From: Oxalicibacterium sp.
GTDB lineage: Bacteria > Pseudomonadota > Gammaproteobacteria > Burkholderiales > Burkholderiaceae_D
Assembly (NCBI RefSeq): GCF_035565035.1
Contig: NZ_DATMTD010000115.1
Location: forward strand, 1,123 to 65,122
DNA length: 64,000 nt
Direction: 5' to 3'
Shown: positions 23,358 through 35,225 of the stretch, in pieces
Numbering within the stretch: position 1 is the stretch's first letter
How the letters are laid out: each line of letters opens with the position of its first letter
The notes under the pieces: generated by a model
The model's input: the letters and a program-made list of their open reading frames with translations, nothing else
Database searches by the model: none
What the model was told of the DNA's origin: nothing
Program-made: the position numbers and the translations under genes

Positions 23358-24254
23358 CTATTTGCGTAACGCCTGCACGAATTCGACGAACGCCTTCAAT
23401 GCCGCCGGCATCTGGCGACGACTTGGATAGTACAAATACAGACCCGGATAATGCGGGCACCAGTCGTCCAGCACGGCCTGCAGATAGCCGGCTTCGACAT
23501 AAGGCGCCGCCATCTGCTCGAACGCGTAAGCGAAACCAGCACCATGCAACGCGGCATCCAGCATCAGTCCGACATCGGTCAGGGTCAGCGGACCAGTTAC
23601 ATCGGTTTCCAGCTTGACACCGCCGCGTTCGAATTCCCAGCGATACACGACACCACTGGGAAATCGATGGCGAATGCAGGGCAGTCCCAGCAAGTCTTTC
23701 GGATGTTTGGGTTTGCCGTGCTGCTTGATGAAAGCCGGGGTCGCCACCACGATCGAACGCTGATAAGGACCGAGCGGAATGGCGATCATGTCGGCTTCGA
23801 TACGCTCGCCGAAACGTACCCCGGCGTCGAAACCCGACGACACCATGTCGACGAAGGCATCGTTGTCCACGATTTCCACTTTGACCTCCGGATAAGCCTG
23901 CAAGAACGCGGCGACAACCGGCAGCAGCACGATCTGGGTCGACGCTCGGCCGGAGGTAATACGCAAGGTACCGACCGGCTTGCCGCGAAAATCATTGAGA
24001 TCTTCCAGCGCATCATCGATGTCGCGAAAAGCGGGATCGACGCGTGCGAACAGGCGCTCGCCTGCTTCAGTCAGCGCCACGCTGCGCGTCGTGCGATTGA
24101 AGAGCCGCAGATCGAGCCGTTCCTCTATACCGCGTAGCGCATGGCTAAGCGCGGAGGGCGTCAGGCCAAGTTCGACCGCCGCGCGGCTGAAGCTGAGATG
24201 CCGCGCAATACTTAGGAAGACGGCGAGGTCGGATGGCGTGACGCGTGGTTTCAT
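23358..24254 (-). CDS. LysR family regulator (DmlR/PtxR-like)
   Basis: HTH SFSRAAVELGLTPSALSH..RLFNRTTRSVALTEAG; FDAGVRFG. Confidence 0.92.
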   Translation of the reverse strand: MKPRVTPSDLAVFLSIARHLSFSRAAVELGLTPSALSHALRGIEERLDLRLFNRTTRSVALTEAGERLFARVDPAFRDIDDALEDLNDFRGKPVGTLRITSGRASTQIVLLPVVAAFLQAYPEVKVEIVDNDAFVDMVSSGFDAGVRFGERIEADMIAIPLGPYQRSIVVATPAFIKQHGKPKHPKDLLGLPCIRHRFPSGVVYRWEFERGGVKLETDVTGPLTLTDVGLMLDAALHGAGFAYAFEQMAAPYVEAGYLQAVLDDWCPHYPGLYLYYPSRRQMPAALKAFVEFVQALRK

Positions 24255-24269
24255 GGCGTTTTCAATTAG

Positions 24270-24282
24270 TGAATTTTATTCA
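24270..24282. promoter_or_regulatory. LysR-type T-N11-A palindrome in the divergent promoter
   Basis: TGAA-tttta-TTCA. Confidence 0.5.
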
Positions 24283-24411
24283 TAAGGTCTTTCAAAATTA
24301 TAGGGATTATCACATCAATCGTGTTCCCCTAAAGTTCAGTCATCGCGATGCACGTTACAGACACGACGGCATTGCGCCACTTAGACAACTTGACTTGAAC
24401 AGGAGAACAAA

Positions 24412-25248
24412 ATGCGTACATGGTTGATTACAGGTGCTTCCCGCGGTTTCGGTGAATTGATTGCAAAGAAGGCTCTGGCCGCTGGCGATGCAGTAATTGC
24501 CACCGCACGTAAAACGGACGGCATGGCAGAACGTTTCGGCAATCCTCCGAATCTGCTGCCGGTACAGCTCGATGTGACCAGCGAACAGCAGGCACATCAG
24601 GCAGTGGCAGAAGGCATCAAGCGTTTCGGCCGGATCGACATCCTCGTCAACAACGCCGGCTACGGCTTGCTCGGCGCGGTCGAAGAAGCCAGCAAGGAAG
24701 AAATCGAACCGCTGTTTGCCACCAATGTGTTCGGGGTACTCGCCGTGACGCGCGCCGTGCTGCCGCACATGCGCCGTCAGCGTTCCGGTCACGTGATCAA
24801 CATTTCGTCGATCGGTGGTTACGAGGCGTATTACGGCTGGGGCGTCTACGGCGCAACCAAGTTCGCGGTCGAAGGGTTGTCGGAAGCGTTGCATCAGGAA
24901 TTGCAACCACTCGGCATCCATGTGACGGTGGTCGAACCGGGCTTCTTCCGCACCGACTTTCTCGATGCATCGTCGCTCGTCACTTCGGGCAACCAGATCA
25001 CCGATTATGCAGATACCGTCGGCGTGATGCGCAACGTCGCCAGTAATCTTAGCCATGCACAACCAGGCAATCCGGCGAAACTTGCGGACGCGTTCCTGAC
25101 ACTGGCGAATGCACAAAATCCGCCATTGCGCCTGCCACTCGGCAGCGATACCGTCGCGCGCATCGAGCAGAAGAATCGCAGCGTTGCAGCAGAACTGGAC
25201 CAATGGCGCGACCTTGCACTGTCGACCGATTTTGTACAGGCCGCCTGA
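24412..25248 (+). CDS. Short-chain dehydrogenase/reductase
   Basis: ITGASRGFG, NNAGYG, YGATK. Confidence 0.92.
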   Translation: MRTWLITGASRGFGELIAKKALAAGDAVIATARKTDGMAERFGNPPNLLPVQLDVTSEQQAHQAVAEGIKRFGRIDILVNNAGYGLLGAVEEASKEEIEPLFATNVFGVLAVTRAVLPHMRRQRSGHVINISSIGGYEAYYGWGVYGATKFAVEGLSEALHQELQPLGIHVTVVEPGFFRTDFLDASSLVTSGNQITDYADTVGVMRNVASNLSHAQPGNPAKLADAFLTLANAQNPPLRLPLGSDTVARIEQKNRSVAAELDQWRDLALSTDFVQAA

Positions 25249-25368
25249 TGTCGATCTGATCCCGCTTTTCAAATGTTGCGCGCCAGCCGAATGGTATCGG
25301 CGCGCAACGTTTTGCGAATCGGCGTACATTAATCGCCTCTTTGCTTTTACCGCACCATCGAGGATCAC

Positions 25369-26217
25369 ATGACTGCACACACCAAACCCGTCTGGTTCAT
25401 CACCGGCTGCTCCACCGGCTTCGGCCGCCAGCTCGCCAAACACACGCTGTCGCTCGGTTATCCGACTGTCGTCACTGCGCGCAACGTCAAGCAGGTCGAA
25501 GACATCGTCGCCGGTCACGAAGACCTTGCACTGGTGGTACCGCTCGACGTCACCGTGCAGGCGCAGATCGATGCGGCGGTCGCCGCAGCAGAACAGAAAT
25601 TCGGCCGCATCGACGTGCTGGTCAACAATGCAGGTGTCGGCTACTTCGGCTCGTTCGAAGAAAGCGATATCGACGAAGTGCGCCAGATGTTTGAAATCAA
25701 TATCTGGGGATTGACCAGCATGACGCGCGCGGTGCTGCCATTGATGCGCAAGCAGCGCAGCGGCACCATCGTGAATATTTCATCGATGGGCGGACTGACG
25801 GCGTTTCCTGCGGTCAGTTTCTATAACGCCACCAAGTTTGGCGTCGAGGGATTATCCGAAGCGCTGGCGCAGGAAGTCGCGCCGCTCGGCATCAAGGTGT
25901 TGATCGTCGAGCCGGGTCCGTTCCGCACCGACTGGGCCGGGCGTTCGGCCAGCGAAGTGCCTGCCACCATCGCCGATTACGACGCCACCGCCGGGGCGCG
26001 CTTGCGCACGATACGTGGCTATAGCGGCAATCAGCCGGGCGATCCGGAACGTGCCGCAGCCATCATCGTCGAGACCGTCGCATCGGCAAATCCGCCCCTG
26101 CGTCTGCTGCTCGGCAAGAGCGCGCTGTCGATCACACGCAACAAGCTTGCTTCATTGAAGCAGAACGTGGAAGACTGGGCGCAGATAAGCGAGTCGGCGG
26201 ATTTCCCGGAAACCTGA
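25369..26217 (+). CDS. Short-chain dehydrogenase/reductase (tandem paralog)
   Basis: ITGCSTGFG, NNAG, YNATK. Confidence 0.92.
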   Translation: MTAHTKPVWFITGCSTGFGRQLAKHTLSLGYPTVVTARNVKQVEDIVAGHEDLALVVPLDVTVQAQIDAAVAAAEQKFGRIDVLVNNAGVGYFGSFEESDIDEVRQMFEINIWGLTSMTRAVLPLMRKQRSGTIVNISSMGGLTAFPAVSFYNATKFGVEGLSEALAQEVAPLGIKVLIVEPGPFRTDWAGRSASEVPATIADYDATAGARLRTIRGYSGNQPGDPERAAAIIVETVASANPPLRLLLGKSALSITRNKLASLKQNVEDWAQISESADFPET

Positions 26218-26235
26218 TCCGTATTCGAACAAAAC

Positions 26236-26270
26236 ACGGCGCCGTTTGAAAAAGCAGGCGCCGTTTTTTT
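26236..26270 (+). terminator. Intrinsic terminator after the SDR pair
   Basis: ACGGCGCC/GGCGCCGT stem plus T-tract. Confidence 0.8.
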
Positions 26271-26432
26271 ATGCCTGTGCAGCAAGAAACGATCGAAAAT
26301 CCATACTTTTTGAAAAATGCACCGGCATGCAATATGTAAGTTTTTCACTCTGAAACAAAAGCGAAAATATCTCTTCTAATCGCAAGATCGCTCACTACAA
26401 TGAGATCACGCAACCCTGGTTAGGAGATCGAC

Positions 26433-26771
26433 ATGTCCGTTACCCGTTCCGTTTTTGCCTCAACCGTTACTTCCGTTTTCGTTCTCGCCGTACTGGCCGG
26501 CTGCAAGAAGGCCGAGACGCCACCGACACCGTCGATGGGCGATACGCCAAGCACCAGCGGTTCGGTCGCCGCGCCACCGAGCAGCATGCCGCCATCCGAA
26601 ACGAAAATGGTTCCTTCGCCTGCAGACAGCCCCACCAACAGCGGTGACGCCGCTGGCCCCACTCAGGCTCATCCACAAGACCTGACCAAGGAAGAAGAAA
26701 GTTCGGCCATGCCGAAGTCCGGCCAGGTCAATAACCATTCAACCGCCAATCCGGTCGGTGAGCAGAAATAA
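26433..26771 (+). CDS. Small Pro/Ser/Thr-rich lipoprotein
   Basis: Lipobox LAGC; RBS aggag; low-complexity mature part. Confidence 0.75.
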   Translation: MSVTRSVFASTVTSVFVLAVLAGCKKAETPPTPSMGDTPSTSGSVAAPPSSMPPSETKMVPSPADSPTNSGDAAGPTQAHPQDLTKEEESSAMPKSGQVNNHSTANPVGEQK

Positions 26772-26878
26772 ATACGTGGAACGCTACGTAGAACAACACG
26801 CGCAATAACACGCGGTCCATTTCGCCCGCCTGCCAGCAGCGCGGGTTATTTTTTGTTCGCGCATCGTGAAGGAGCGCC

Positions 26879-27403
26879 ATGAGTGCAGAGAGTAGCGTGG
26901 GCGCCGAAATTCTGCGGACTATTCGCGACGAGTTTTCCGACATCAGCGATGCGGAGCAGGTGACGCGCGTCTGCGTGCGCCTGCTGGTTGCGATGATCCT
27001 GGGTGGTTTGCTGGGTTATGAACGTGAGACGCGCGGCATCTCTGCCGGCTTGCGCACGCATATGCTGGTGGCACTCGGTGCGGCGATTTTCGTGCTGGTA
27101 CCGCTGGAAGCGGGCGTCAGTCATGGCGACTTGAGTCGCGTGCTGCAAGGCGTGATTACCGGCGTCGGCTTCCTCGGTGCCGGCGCGATCATCAAGCTTA
27201 ATCAGGAGCAGGAAATCAAGGGCCTGACGACTGCCGCCAGCGTCTGGCTCACCGCAGCGATCGGTGTCGCGGCAGGCATGGGCCGCGAAGCGACTGCCGT
27301 GTTAAGCACGCTGCTGGCACTATTCATTCTGGCGGTCCTGCGTCAGGCCGGCAGCCGACACAAGAACGACAAGAAAGAATCGACTGACCCACTGCAGAAA
27401 TAA
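26879..27403 (+). CDS. MgtC/SapB family protein
   Basis: GYERE....AGLRTHMLV, QGVITGVGFLGAGAI, GLTTAASVW. Confidence 0.9.
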   Translation: MSAESSVGAEILRTIRDEFSDISDAEQVTRVCVRLLVAMILGGLLGYERETRGISAGLRTHMLVALGAAIFVLVPLEAGVSHGDLSRVLQGVITGVGFLGAGAIIKLNQEQEIKGLTTAASVWLTAAIGVAAGMGREATAVLSTLLALFILAVLRQAGSRHKNDKKESTDPLQK

Positions 27404-29449
27404 TTACGCCAGCAATCGCACCGTGAATTCGGTGCCGGCGCCTTCGTCGCTCTTTACGGTGATCGTGCCGCCGTAACGCGCCACCAGCGTGTAACTGATC
27501 GACAGTCCGAGCCCCGTTCCGCCTTGTCTTTTCGTCGTGAAGAACGCGTCGAACACACGGCCGACATCTTCCTTCTTGATGCCGACGCCGGTATCGGCGA
27601 CGCGAATGGTGACGCCGCTTGTGCCGTTTGCACCATCTCTTTCATGCCAGTCCGCGGTCGCGATGGTCAAGCAACCGCCGTCCTTCATCGCGTGAATGGC
27701 GTTCGTGCACAGGTTGATCAACACCTGCTGCAACTCGCCGCGATTGATCGGCACGGCAAGCGTCGCACCCTTGATGTGTTCGACCCGGATGTTGCTCTGG
27801 TTCAGAAGATGGCGCACCAGCACCAGCGAATCGGTGACGACCTCGTCGACGGAAATGGTTTCGACATAGCCGGCAAATTCTCCGGGGCTGGCGAACTGCA
27901 GCAGTTTGGTGACGATCGTATTGATGCGATAAATCTGTTGATCCATCAATTGCAGTTCGCCCTGCACCGGTTTCGCCGCGGTGCCGAGTGCATCGCGCAA
28001 CACGTCGAGATTGCCCTGCAGGACGGCGACCGGATTGTTGATTTCATGTGCGACACCGGCGGTGATTTCGCCGATCGCCGCGAGTTTTTCGGCGAGTACC
28101 AGTTGCTGCTGCGCCTGCACCAGCAACTTGTTGGTCTGTTGCAGTTCGATGGTGCGCTCGACGACCTTGCGATCCAGTTGCTCGCCCCACGTTTTCAGCT
28201 CGTGATTTTGCGCCTGCACGGTATCCAGCAATTCGTCCAGATGGCGCGACAGATTGCCCAGTTCGTCGAGCGTCTGCAGGTTGCCGGTGCGTGCGTCCAT
28301 GTCGCCCTGTTCGACCGCCGTCATCGTGCGATTCATCGCGGACAGCGGCGAGTAGATATCGCGTGCAACGCGTAAAGAGAAATAGACGCCGCCGATGCCG
28401 ATCACCGTAAACAACGCTGCCAGCAGCACGAAGGCGGTTTCCTTCGCCTTGCGGAACGGTTCTTCCAGATAACCGACGTACAGCATGCCGACGCGGCGGC
28501 CGAAACTGTCTGTAATCGGTTCGTATGCGGAGATGTACCAGTCGTGCACGACGAAGGCACTGTCGAGCCAGGTCCGGCCGTCTTCCAGCACATGATTGCG
28601 CACGACCTGCGACGCACGCGTGCCGAGCGCACGACGATTGCCGAACAAGCGCACATTGGTTGCAATGCGCACGTCGTCGATGAACAGCGTTGCGGTACCG
28701 GCACTGCCTTCCGGCAGCGAACCGTCGGCATACACGAGACTGTTGATCGTATCGACGAACGGCAGATTCTGGTTCAGCAGCATGCCGCCTTCCAGCACGC
28801 CCAGCAGGCGACCGTCCGCATCGTAAATCGGTGTAGCCGCATGAATCACCATGCCGCTGGTTTCCGCCTTCTTGTCGGTCGGAGCGGCGTTCGGCGTATC
28901 GACCAGTTCCAGATGAGCTTGCTGGGCAAGATGCTCATCGAGTTCGCGCAGCTGCTTTTCGGAATAGATGTCGATGTCATTGCCGGCATTGCCTTGCAGG
29001 GCCGATTGCACGACGGGCCAATGCGCGTTGTCGATCGTTTTGGGTGTTACCGCCGACACACGCAGGTTTCCCTGCGTATCGAGAAAATTCAGGAAATCCA
29101 GTCCAAGCGCCACCTGTCGCTCCGCCAGAAACTGCTGCAGCGCAGCGTTGTTGTTCTCTTCGATGGTGGTGACAAGCGGATGCGAATTGCCGAGGCTGGA
29201 AATATCCTGCCCGACACGATCGCGCACGTGCTGAAAATATTCATGCGCAACCGCGAGGTCGCTGCTGACCTTGAATGTCAGCAGACGATCGTAATAGCCG
29301 ACGCCCCAGTAAAAGATGAGGAAGAACAAAATCGGCAGCACCGTCAGGAACGGCACCAGCGCCACCAGCAACAGCTTGGTGCGCACCGACGCGTTGCCGA
29401 AGAAACGCAACCTCAGCCACCATTGCAAAAAGCGACGCACGACGCGCAA
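27404..29449 (-). CDS. Sensor histidine kinase with periplasmic Cache domain and HAMP
   Basis: Two TM segments, DDVRIATNV Cache motif, H-box AGVAHEINNP, QQVLINLCTNA, FFTTK..GTGLGL. Confidence 0.92.
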   Translation of the reverse strand: MRVVRRFLQWWLRLRFFGNASVRTKLLLVALVPFLTVLPILFFLIFYWGVGYYDRLLTFKVSSDLAVAHEYFQHVRDRVGQDISSLGNSHPLVTTIEENNNAALQQFLAERQVALGLDFLNFLDTQGNLRVSAVTPKTIDNAHWPVVQSALQGNAGNDIDIYSEKQLRELDEHLAQQAHLELVDTPNAAPTDKKAETSGMVIHAATPIYDADGRLLGVLEGGMLLNQNLPFVDTINSLVYADGSLPEGSAGTATLFIDDVRIATNVRLFGNRRALGTRASQVVRNHVLEDGRTWLDSAFVVHDWYISAYEPITDSFGRRVGMLYVGYLEEPFRKAKETAFVLLAALFTVIGIGGVYFSLRVARDIYSPLSAMNRTMTAVEQGDMDARTGNLQTLDELGNLSRHLDELLDTVQAQNHELKTWGEQLDRKVVERTIELQQTNKLLVQAQQQLVLAEKLAAIGEITAGVAHEINNPVAVLQGNLDVLRDALGTAAKPVQGELQLMDQQIYRINTIVTKLLQFASPGEFAGYVETISVDEVVTDSLVLVRHLLNQSNIRVEHIKGATLAVPINRGELQQVLINLCTNAIHAMKDGGCLTIATADWHERDGANGTSGVTIRVADTGVGIKKEDVGRVFDAFFTTKRQGGTGLGLSISYTLVARYGGTITVKSDEGAGTEFTVRLLA

Positions 29450-29452
29450 CGG

Positions 29453-30859
29453 TCAGACACCCCACTCGGCGCATTTGCGCTCGAGCGTCTTGCGCGAAAT
29501 GCCGAGACGACGTCCGGCTTCGGTCTTGTTGCCGCCGGCTTCGTCCAGCACCTTGAGAATGTGACGCTTCTCGACAGCCTCCAGCGTCATGTCGCCGCCG
29601 GTAATCTGTTCCTCGATTTTTCTTTGTTGGCCGGCTGAGATATCGGACATGGTGCCGAGAATCAGCCAGCGTTCAATCAGGTTGCGCAGTTCGCGCACGT
29701 TACCGGGCCACGCGTACGATCCCATCGCCTTCAGCAACGTGGCGTCGGGCGCATGCGGTGGCACGCCGAGTTGCTGCGCAAGCTGCCGCACGAAATAAGC
29801 GGACAACGCAGGAATGTCGTCGATGCGTTCGCGCAATGGCGGCATGTGAATCTGCACGACGTTCAACCGGTAGTACAGATCCTGACGGAAACGGCCTTCG
29901 CGCACTTCTTCCTCGACATTCCGATTGGTCGCTGCGATGACGCGTACGTCGACCGGAATCTCGCGCTCGGCGCCGACCGGACGAATCTTCTTTTCTTCCA
30001 GCACGCGCAACAGCTTGACCTGCATCGCCAGCGGCAACTCGGCAACTTCGTCGAGGAACAGCGTGCCGCCTTGCGCATAGAAAAACAGGCCTTCGCGCGA
30101 CGAGGCGGCGCCGCTGAATGCACCTTTCACATGGCCGAACAATTCGCTCTCGATGATTTCGGGTGCGACCGCACCGCAGTTGATCGGCACGAAGTGATTG
30201 CTCGATCGATTGCTCAACGTGTGCATCGCACGCGCGGCGATTTCCTTGCCGGTACCGGATTCGCCGGTGATCATGACCGTACTGGTCACCGTCGCCAGCC
30301 GCTTGATCGCTTCGCGTATCGGCTCCAGCGCGGCAGAGTTGCCGACCAGTCCCTCGACGCCGGCAAGATCGGCATGCTGATCCAGTTCGCGACGCAGCAC
30401 GAAATTTTCGCGGCGCAGATGCGCGCGATCGAAGCAGCGACCGATGGCGCTGAGAATCTGGTTGACGCGAAAAGGCTTCAGCAGAAAATCGGCGGCGCCA
30501 GCGCGCAACGCGCGGATCGCGATATCGAGATCGGCGAACGCCGTGATCAGCACGACATCGTTGTGCAGGCCGAGCGTGCGGATTTCCTGCAGCCAGTCGA
30601 CGCCGGATTTGCCGGGCAGGGAATTGTCGAGGATGATCAGATCGAAGTGATGCTGGCCAAGCAGCACGGCTGCCTCTTCAACCGACTCGGCCGTTTCGAC
30701 ACGGCTGCAGCGACTTGCCAGCGTGCGATGCAGGAAGCTGCGCATGCCGGGTTCATCATCGACAATCAGAATGGAGCGATGCTGCCAGCCACCGAAGGCT
30801 TCGGTGAACGATTCATCGGCGTCCGGCGCGGCAGGAATCGTTGTACTCGCGGAATTCAT
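29453..30859 (-). CDS. Sigma54-dependent response regulator (NtrC family)
   Basis: Receiver domain (VDDE, ILD), [22 protein letters not shown]-terminal Fis-type HTH; start uncertain. Confidence 0.93.
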   Translation of the reverse strand: MNSASTTIPAAPDADESFTEAFGGWQHRSILIVDDEPGMRSFLHRTLASRCSRVETAESVEEAAVLLGQHHFDLIILDNSLPGKSGVDWLQEIRTLGLHNDVVLITAFADLDIAIRALRAGAADFLLKPFRVNQILSAIGRCFDRAHLRRENFVLRRELDQHADLAGVEGLVGNSAALEPIREAIKRLATVTSTVMITGESGTGKEIAARAMHTLSNRSSNHFVPINCGAVAPEIIESELFGHVKGAFSGAASSREGLFFYAQGGTLFLDEVAELPLAMQVKLLRVLEEKKIRPVGAEREIPVDVRVIAATNRNVEEEVREGRFRQDLYYRLNVVQIHMPPLRERIDDIPALSAYFVRQLAQQLGVPPHAPDATLLKAMGSYAWPGNVRELRNLIERWLILGTMSDISAGQQRKIEEQITGGDMTLEAVEKRHILKVLDEAGGNKTEAGRRLGISRKTLERKCAEWGV

Positions 30860-30951
30860 CGGATATTCGCTCATTTCATTCGGACGGCAATGCATTGTGC
30901 CGTCATTTTGCGCTTCTGCTGTTGCATTTTTTTGCGGCCTTCACCACGTGC

Positions 30952-30983
30952 AAGAAAAAAGGCGAGAGGGTCTCTCTCGCCTT
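30952..30983 (-). terminator. Intrinsic terminator after MFS plus small subunit
   Basis: AAGGCGAGAG/CTCTCGCCTT stem, T-tract on the minus strand. Confidence 0.75.
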
Positions 30984-31016
30984 GTCGATGTTACCGCATG
31001 CAATACGGCATTGCTG

Positions 31017-31157
31017 TCAGTGGAACAATGCTGTCGCCTTTTGCAGCGTCGACCACACGCCCCATGCCAGCGGAATGCCGACATACAGCCAGAAGGCAAC
31101 GATGAGCAACGGATTGGTCGGCTGGCTCGCTTCGGCCGAAGAGTAATGGTTATTCAT
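31017..31157 (-). CDS. 46-aa membrane protein, probable MFS transporter small subunit
   Basis: Manual translation MNNHYSSAEASQPTNPLLIVAFWLYVGIPLAWGVWSTLQKATALFH; RBS aggagca; below ORF-track cutoff. Confidence 0.75.
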   Translation of the reverse strand: MNNHYSSAEASQPTNPLLIVAFWLYVGIPLAWGVWSTLQKATALFH

Positions 31158-31184
31158 GCTGGATGCTCCTTGTCGATGAATTGT

Positions 31185-32570
31185 TCAATGTGCGCCGGCC
31201 AGATCAGGCTCGGCACTGCGCAGTTGCTGTTCGGTCATGTGGTGACGCTGGCTCACCGGCTTGATCAACAGATTGCAGATGAAGCCCACGATCAGCAGAC
31301 AGGCCATCACGTACATCGTCACTTCATACGAAGCCGCTTTTTCCACGCCATGCTCGACCTGATATTCGCGGATGTAGTTGACCAGTACCGGGCCGAAGAT
31401 GCCGGCAGCAGACCATGCAGTCAGCAGTCGTCCATGAATGCCGCCAACGTACTTGGTGCCGAACATGTCAGCCAGATAGGAAGGAATCGTCGAGAAGCCG
31501 CCACCGTACATGCTGATGATCAAACAGTAGGCCAGCACGAACAGTGCAACGCTGTTGGTCTGTCCCGTATGGGGAACCAGTGTGTACAGAATGGTGCCGA
31601 GGATGAAGAAGACGAAGTAGGTATTCTTGCGTCCCAGATAGTCGGAAGCCGACGACCAGAAGAAGCGACCGCCCATGTTGAACAGGCTCATCAGACCGAC
31701 GAAACCGGCTGCCGCGGCCGGCGTCACGCTGCCCTTGAAGGTCTCCTGAATCATCACCGATGCCTGGCCCAGCACACCGATACCGGCGGTCACGTTCAGG
31801 CACAGCACCAGCCACAACAGATAGAACTGCGGTGTCTTCAACGCTTCATCGATATGCACGTGATTGCGCGTGATCATGCGGTTCTCCGCAACCGGTGGCG
31901 TCCAGCCTTTCGGTGCCCAGCCTTCGGCCGGAATGCGGATCGTGAATGCGCCGATCGTCATCGAGATGAAATACAGCACGCCCATCACGAGGAAGCTTTC
32001 GATCACGCCAACCGAAGTTGCCGACTTGAAGGTGTTCATCAGGAAGACGGACAACGGTGCACCGATCAGCGCACCGCCGCCAAAGCCCATGATCGCCAGA
32101 CCGGTCGCCATGCCGCGACGATCCGGGAACCATTTGATCAGCGTCGAGACCGGCGACACATAACCCAGGCCGAGGCCGATACCGCCGATCACGCCATAGC
32201 CGAGATAGAGCAGCCAGATCTGATGGGTCGCCACGCCGATCGCGGAAACCAGAAAGCCGCCGCCGAAACAGCACGCCGCGACAAACATCGTCAGACGCGG
32301 ACCGACTTTTTCCAGCCACTTGCCGCCGAACGCTGCGGCCAGACCGAGGAAGAAAATGGCGAGACTGAAAATCCAGCCGATGGTGGTCAGCTTCCAGTCG
32401 TCCGGTGCCGAGCTGTCGATGCCGATGACCTTCGACAGCGGGCCGTTAAAGACGCTGAATGCGTATGCCTGTCCGATACATAGATGAACTGCCAACGCGG
32501 CCGGCGGCACCATCCAGCGATTGAAGCCCGGGCCGGCAACGGTTTTGTCTTTTGCAAAAAATGCGAGCAT
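31185..32570 (-). CDS. OFA (oxalate/formate antiporter) family MFS transporter
   Basis: HLCIGQAYAFSVF, GLGLGYVSPVSTLIKWFPDRRGMATG, YGGGFSTIPSYLAD..GGIHGRLLTAWS. Confidence 0.85.
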   Translation of the reverse strand: MLAFFAKDKTVAGPGFNRWMVPPAALAVHLCIGQAYAFSVFNGPLSKVIGIDSSAPDDWKLTTIGWIFSLAIFFLGLAAAFGGKWLEKVGPRLTMFVAACCFGGGFLVSAIGVATHQIWLLYLGYGVIGGIGLGLGYVSPVSTLIKWFPDRRGMATGLAIMGFGGGALIGAPLSVFLMNTFKSATSVGVIESFLVMGVLYFISMTIGAFTIRIPAEGWAPKGWTPPVAENRMITRNHVHIDEALKTPQFYLLWLVLCLNVTAGIGVLGQASVMIQETFKGSVTPAAAAGFVGLMSLFNMGGRFFWSSASDYLGRKNTYFVFFILGTILYTLVPHTGQTNSVALFVLAYCLIISMYGGGFSTIPSYLADMFGTKYVGGIHGRLLTAWSAAGIFGPVLVNYIREYQVEHGVEKAASYEVTMYVMACLLIVGFICNLLIKPVSQRHHMTEQQLRSAEPDLAGAH

Positions 32571-32658
32571 GTGAAATCTCTCCTCTGATCTTTTCATGCG
32601 CAACGTGAATACTGTCGCGCGCTTGGTGGCAAAAAGCTTTTGCCATTGCAGATCACTA

Positions 32659-32674
32659 GGCAATCGACATGCCA
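32659..32674 (-). promoter_or_regulatory. Sigma54 -24/-12 promoter for the MFS gene
   Basis: Minus strand TGGCAtgtcgaTTGCc, exact GG-N10-GC spacing. Confidence 0.75.
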
Positions 32675-32689
32675 TCACAAAACAAACGC

Positions 32690-32702
32690 TAACCCCTTGA
32701 TT
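32690..32702 (-). promoter_or_regulatory. IHF site
   Basis: Minus strand AATCAAggggTTA matches WATCAANNNNTTR, between the sigma54 promoter and the putative enhancer. Confidence 0.65.
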
Positions 32703-32738
32703 TGTAAAGACATGCTGCCGGAGTACGAAAAAACAGGC

Positions 32739-32772
32739 GCGACAATTTGACTCGTCGTCGCGACAAATTGTC
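32739..32772. promoter_or_regulatory. Candidate enhancer (UAS) for the NtrC-family activator
   Basis: Two near-palindromic copies GACAAtTTGAC and GACAAaTTGTC about 70-100 bp upstream of the -24 element. Confidence 0.5.
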
Positions 32773-32893
32773 CGTGGGTGAATTTACGAAGTCTCCCCTT
32801 GGCCGGGCATAGCGGACATGGTTTTCATTTTGTACATCCATGCATCCCGTCCGCGTAGCGCAACGCACCGCCGCAGTAACCTGGCGATCACAG

Positions 32894-32918
32894 CGTTATG
32901 TCGTTAAAAGTAATAATG
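32894..32918. promoter_or_regulatory. Candidate ModE box
   Basis: CGTTATGTC-N7-GTAATAATG versus CGTTATATA-N7-TATATAACG consensus, upstream of modE-modABC. Confidence 0.45.
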
Positions 32919-32960
32919 GATATAATTCGTGTTCTGTCTTCATCCCGTCTGAAATATCCG

Positions 32961-34536
<1,576 letters not shown>

Positions 34537-34553
34537 ATGTACGCCACCGCAGC

Positions 34554-35225
34554 ATGACTGATCCCAACATCGGCGCGATCATCCTGACGTTAAAGCTGGC
34601 AGCGCTCACCACATGCATTCTGCTGGTCATCGGCACACCACTCGCATGGTGGCTGGCGCGTACGCGCTCATGGCTGAAAGGTCCGATCGGTGCGATGGTC
34701 GCACTACCGCTGGTGCTGCCGCCGAGCGTGATCGGTTTTTATCTGCTGGTAACGCTCGGGCCGAACGGGCCCATTGGCCAGCTGACGCAAGCCATCGGCA
34801 TTGGCACGCTGCCCTTCACGTTTGCCGGACTTGTGGTTGGTTCCGTACTGTATTCAATGCCGTTCGTTGTACAACCCATTCAGAATGCATTCGAGGCCAT
34901 CGGCGATCGACCGCTTGAAGTTGCCGCGACATTGCGCGCTTCGCCATTCGATACTTTTTTCAGCGTGATCCTGCCTTTGGCAAGGCCGGGTTATCTGACG
35001 GCAACCGTGATGGGTTTTGCACATACGGTCGGCGAGTTCGGCGTGGTGCTGATGATCGGCGGGAACATTCCCGACAAGACGCGTCTGGTGTCGGTGCAGA
35101 TTTACGATCATGTGGAAGCGCTTGAATTCGGACAGGCGCACTGGCTCTCGGCCGGCATGGTGGCGTTCTCGTTAGTGGTGCTGATCGCGCTCTATACATT
35201 GAATCCGACCGGACGCCGCAAATGA
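34554..35225 (+). CDS. modB: Molybdate ABC transporter permease
   Basis: [34 protein letters not shown]. Confidence 0.95.
   Translation: MTDPNIGAIILTLKLAALTTCILLVIGTPLAWWLARTRSWLKGPIGAMVALPLVLPPSVIGFYLLVTLGPNGPIGQLTQAIGIGTLPFTFAGLVVGSVLYSMPFVVQPIQNAFEAIGDRPLEVAATLRASPFDTFFSVILPLARPGYLTATVMGFAHTVGEFGVVLMIGGNIPDKTRLVSVQIYDHVEALEFGQAHWLSAGMVAFSLVVLIALYTLNPTGRRK

Noticed and set aside
32626-32645. Second sigma54 promoter TGGCAAAAAGCTTTTGCCA
   Set aside because: GG-to-GC spacing is 2 bp too long on both strands; it is a palindrome in the MFS leader
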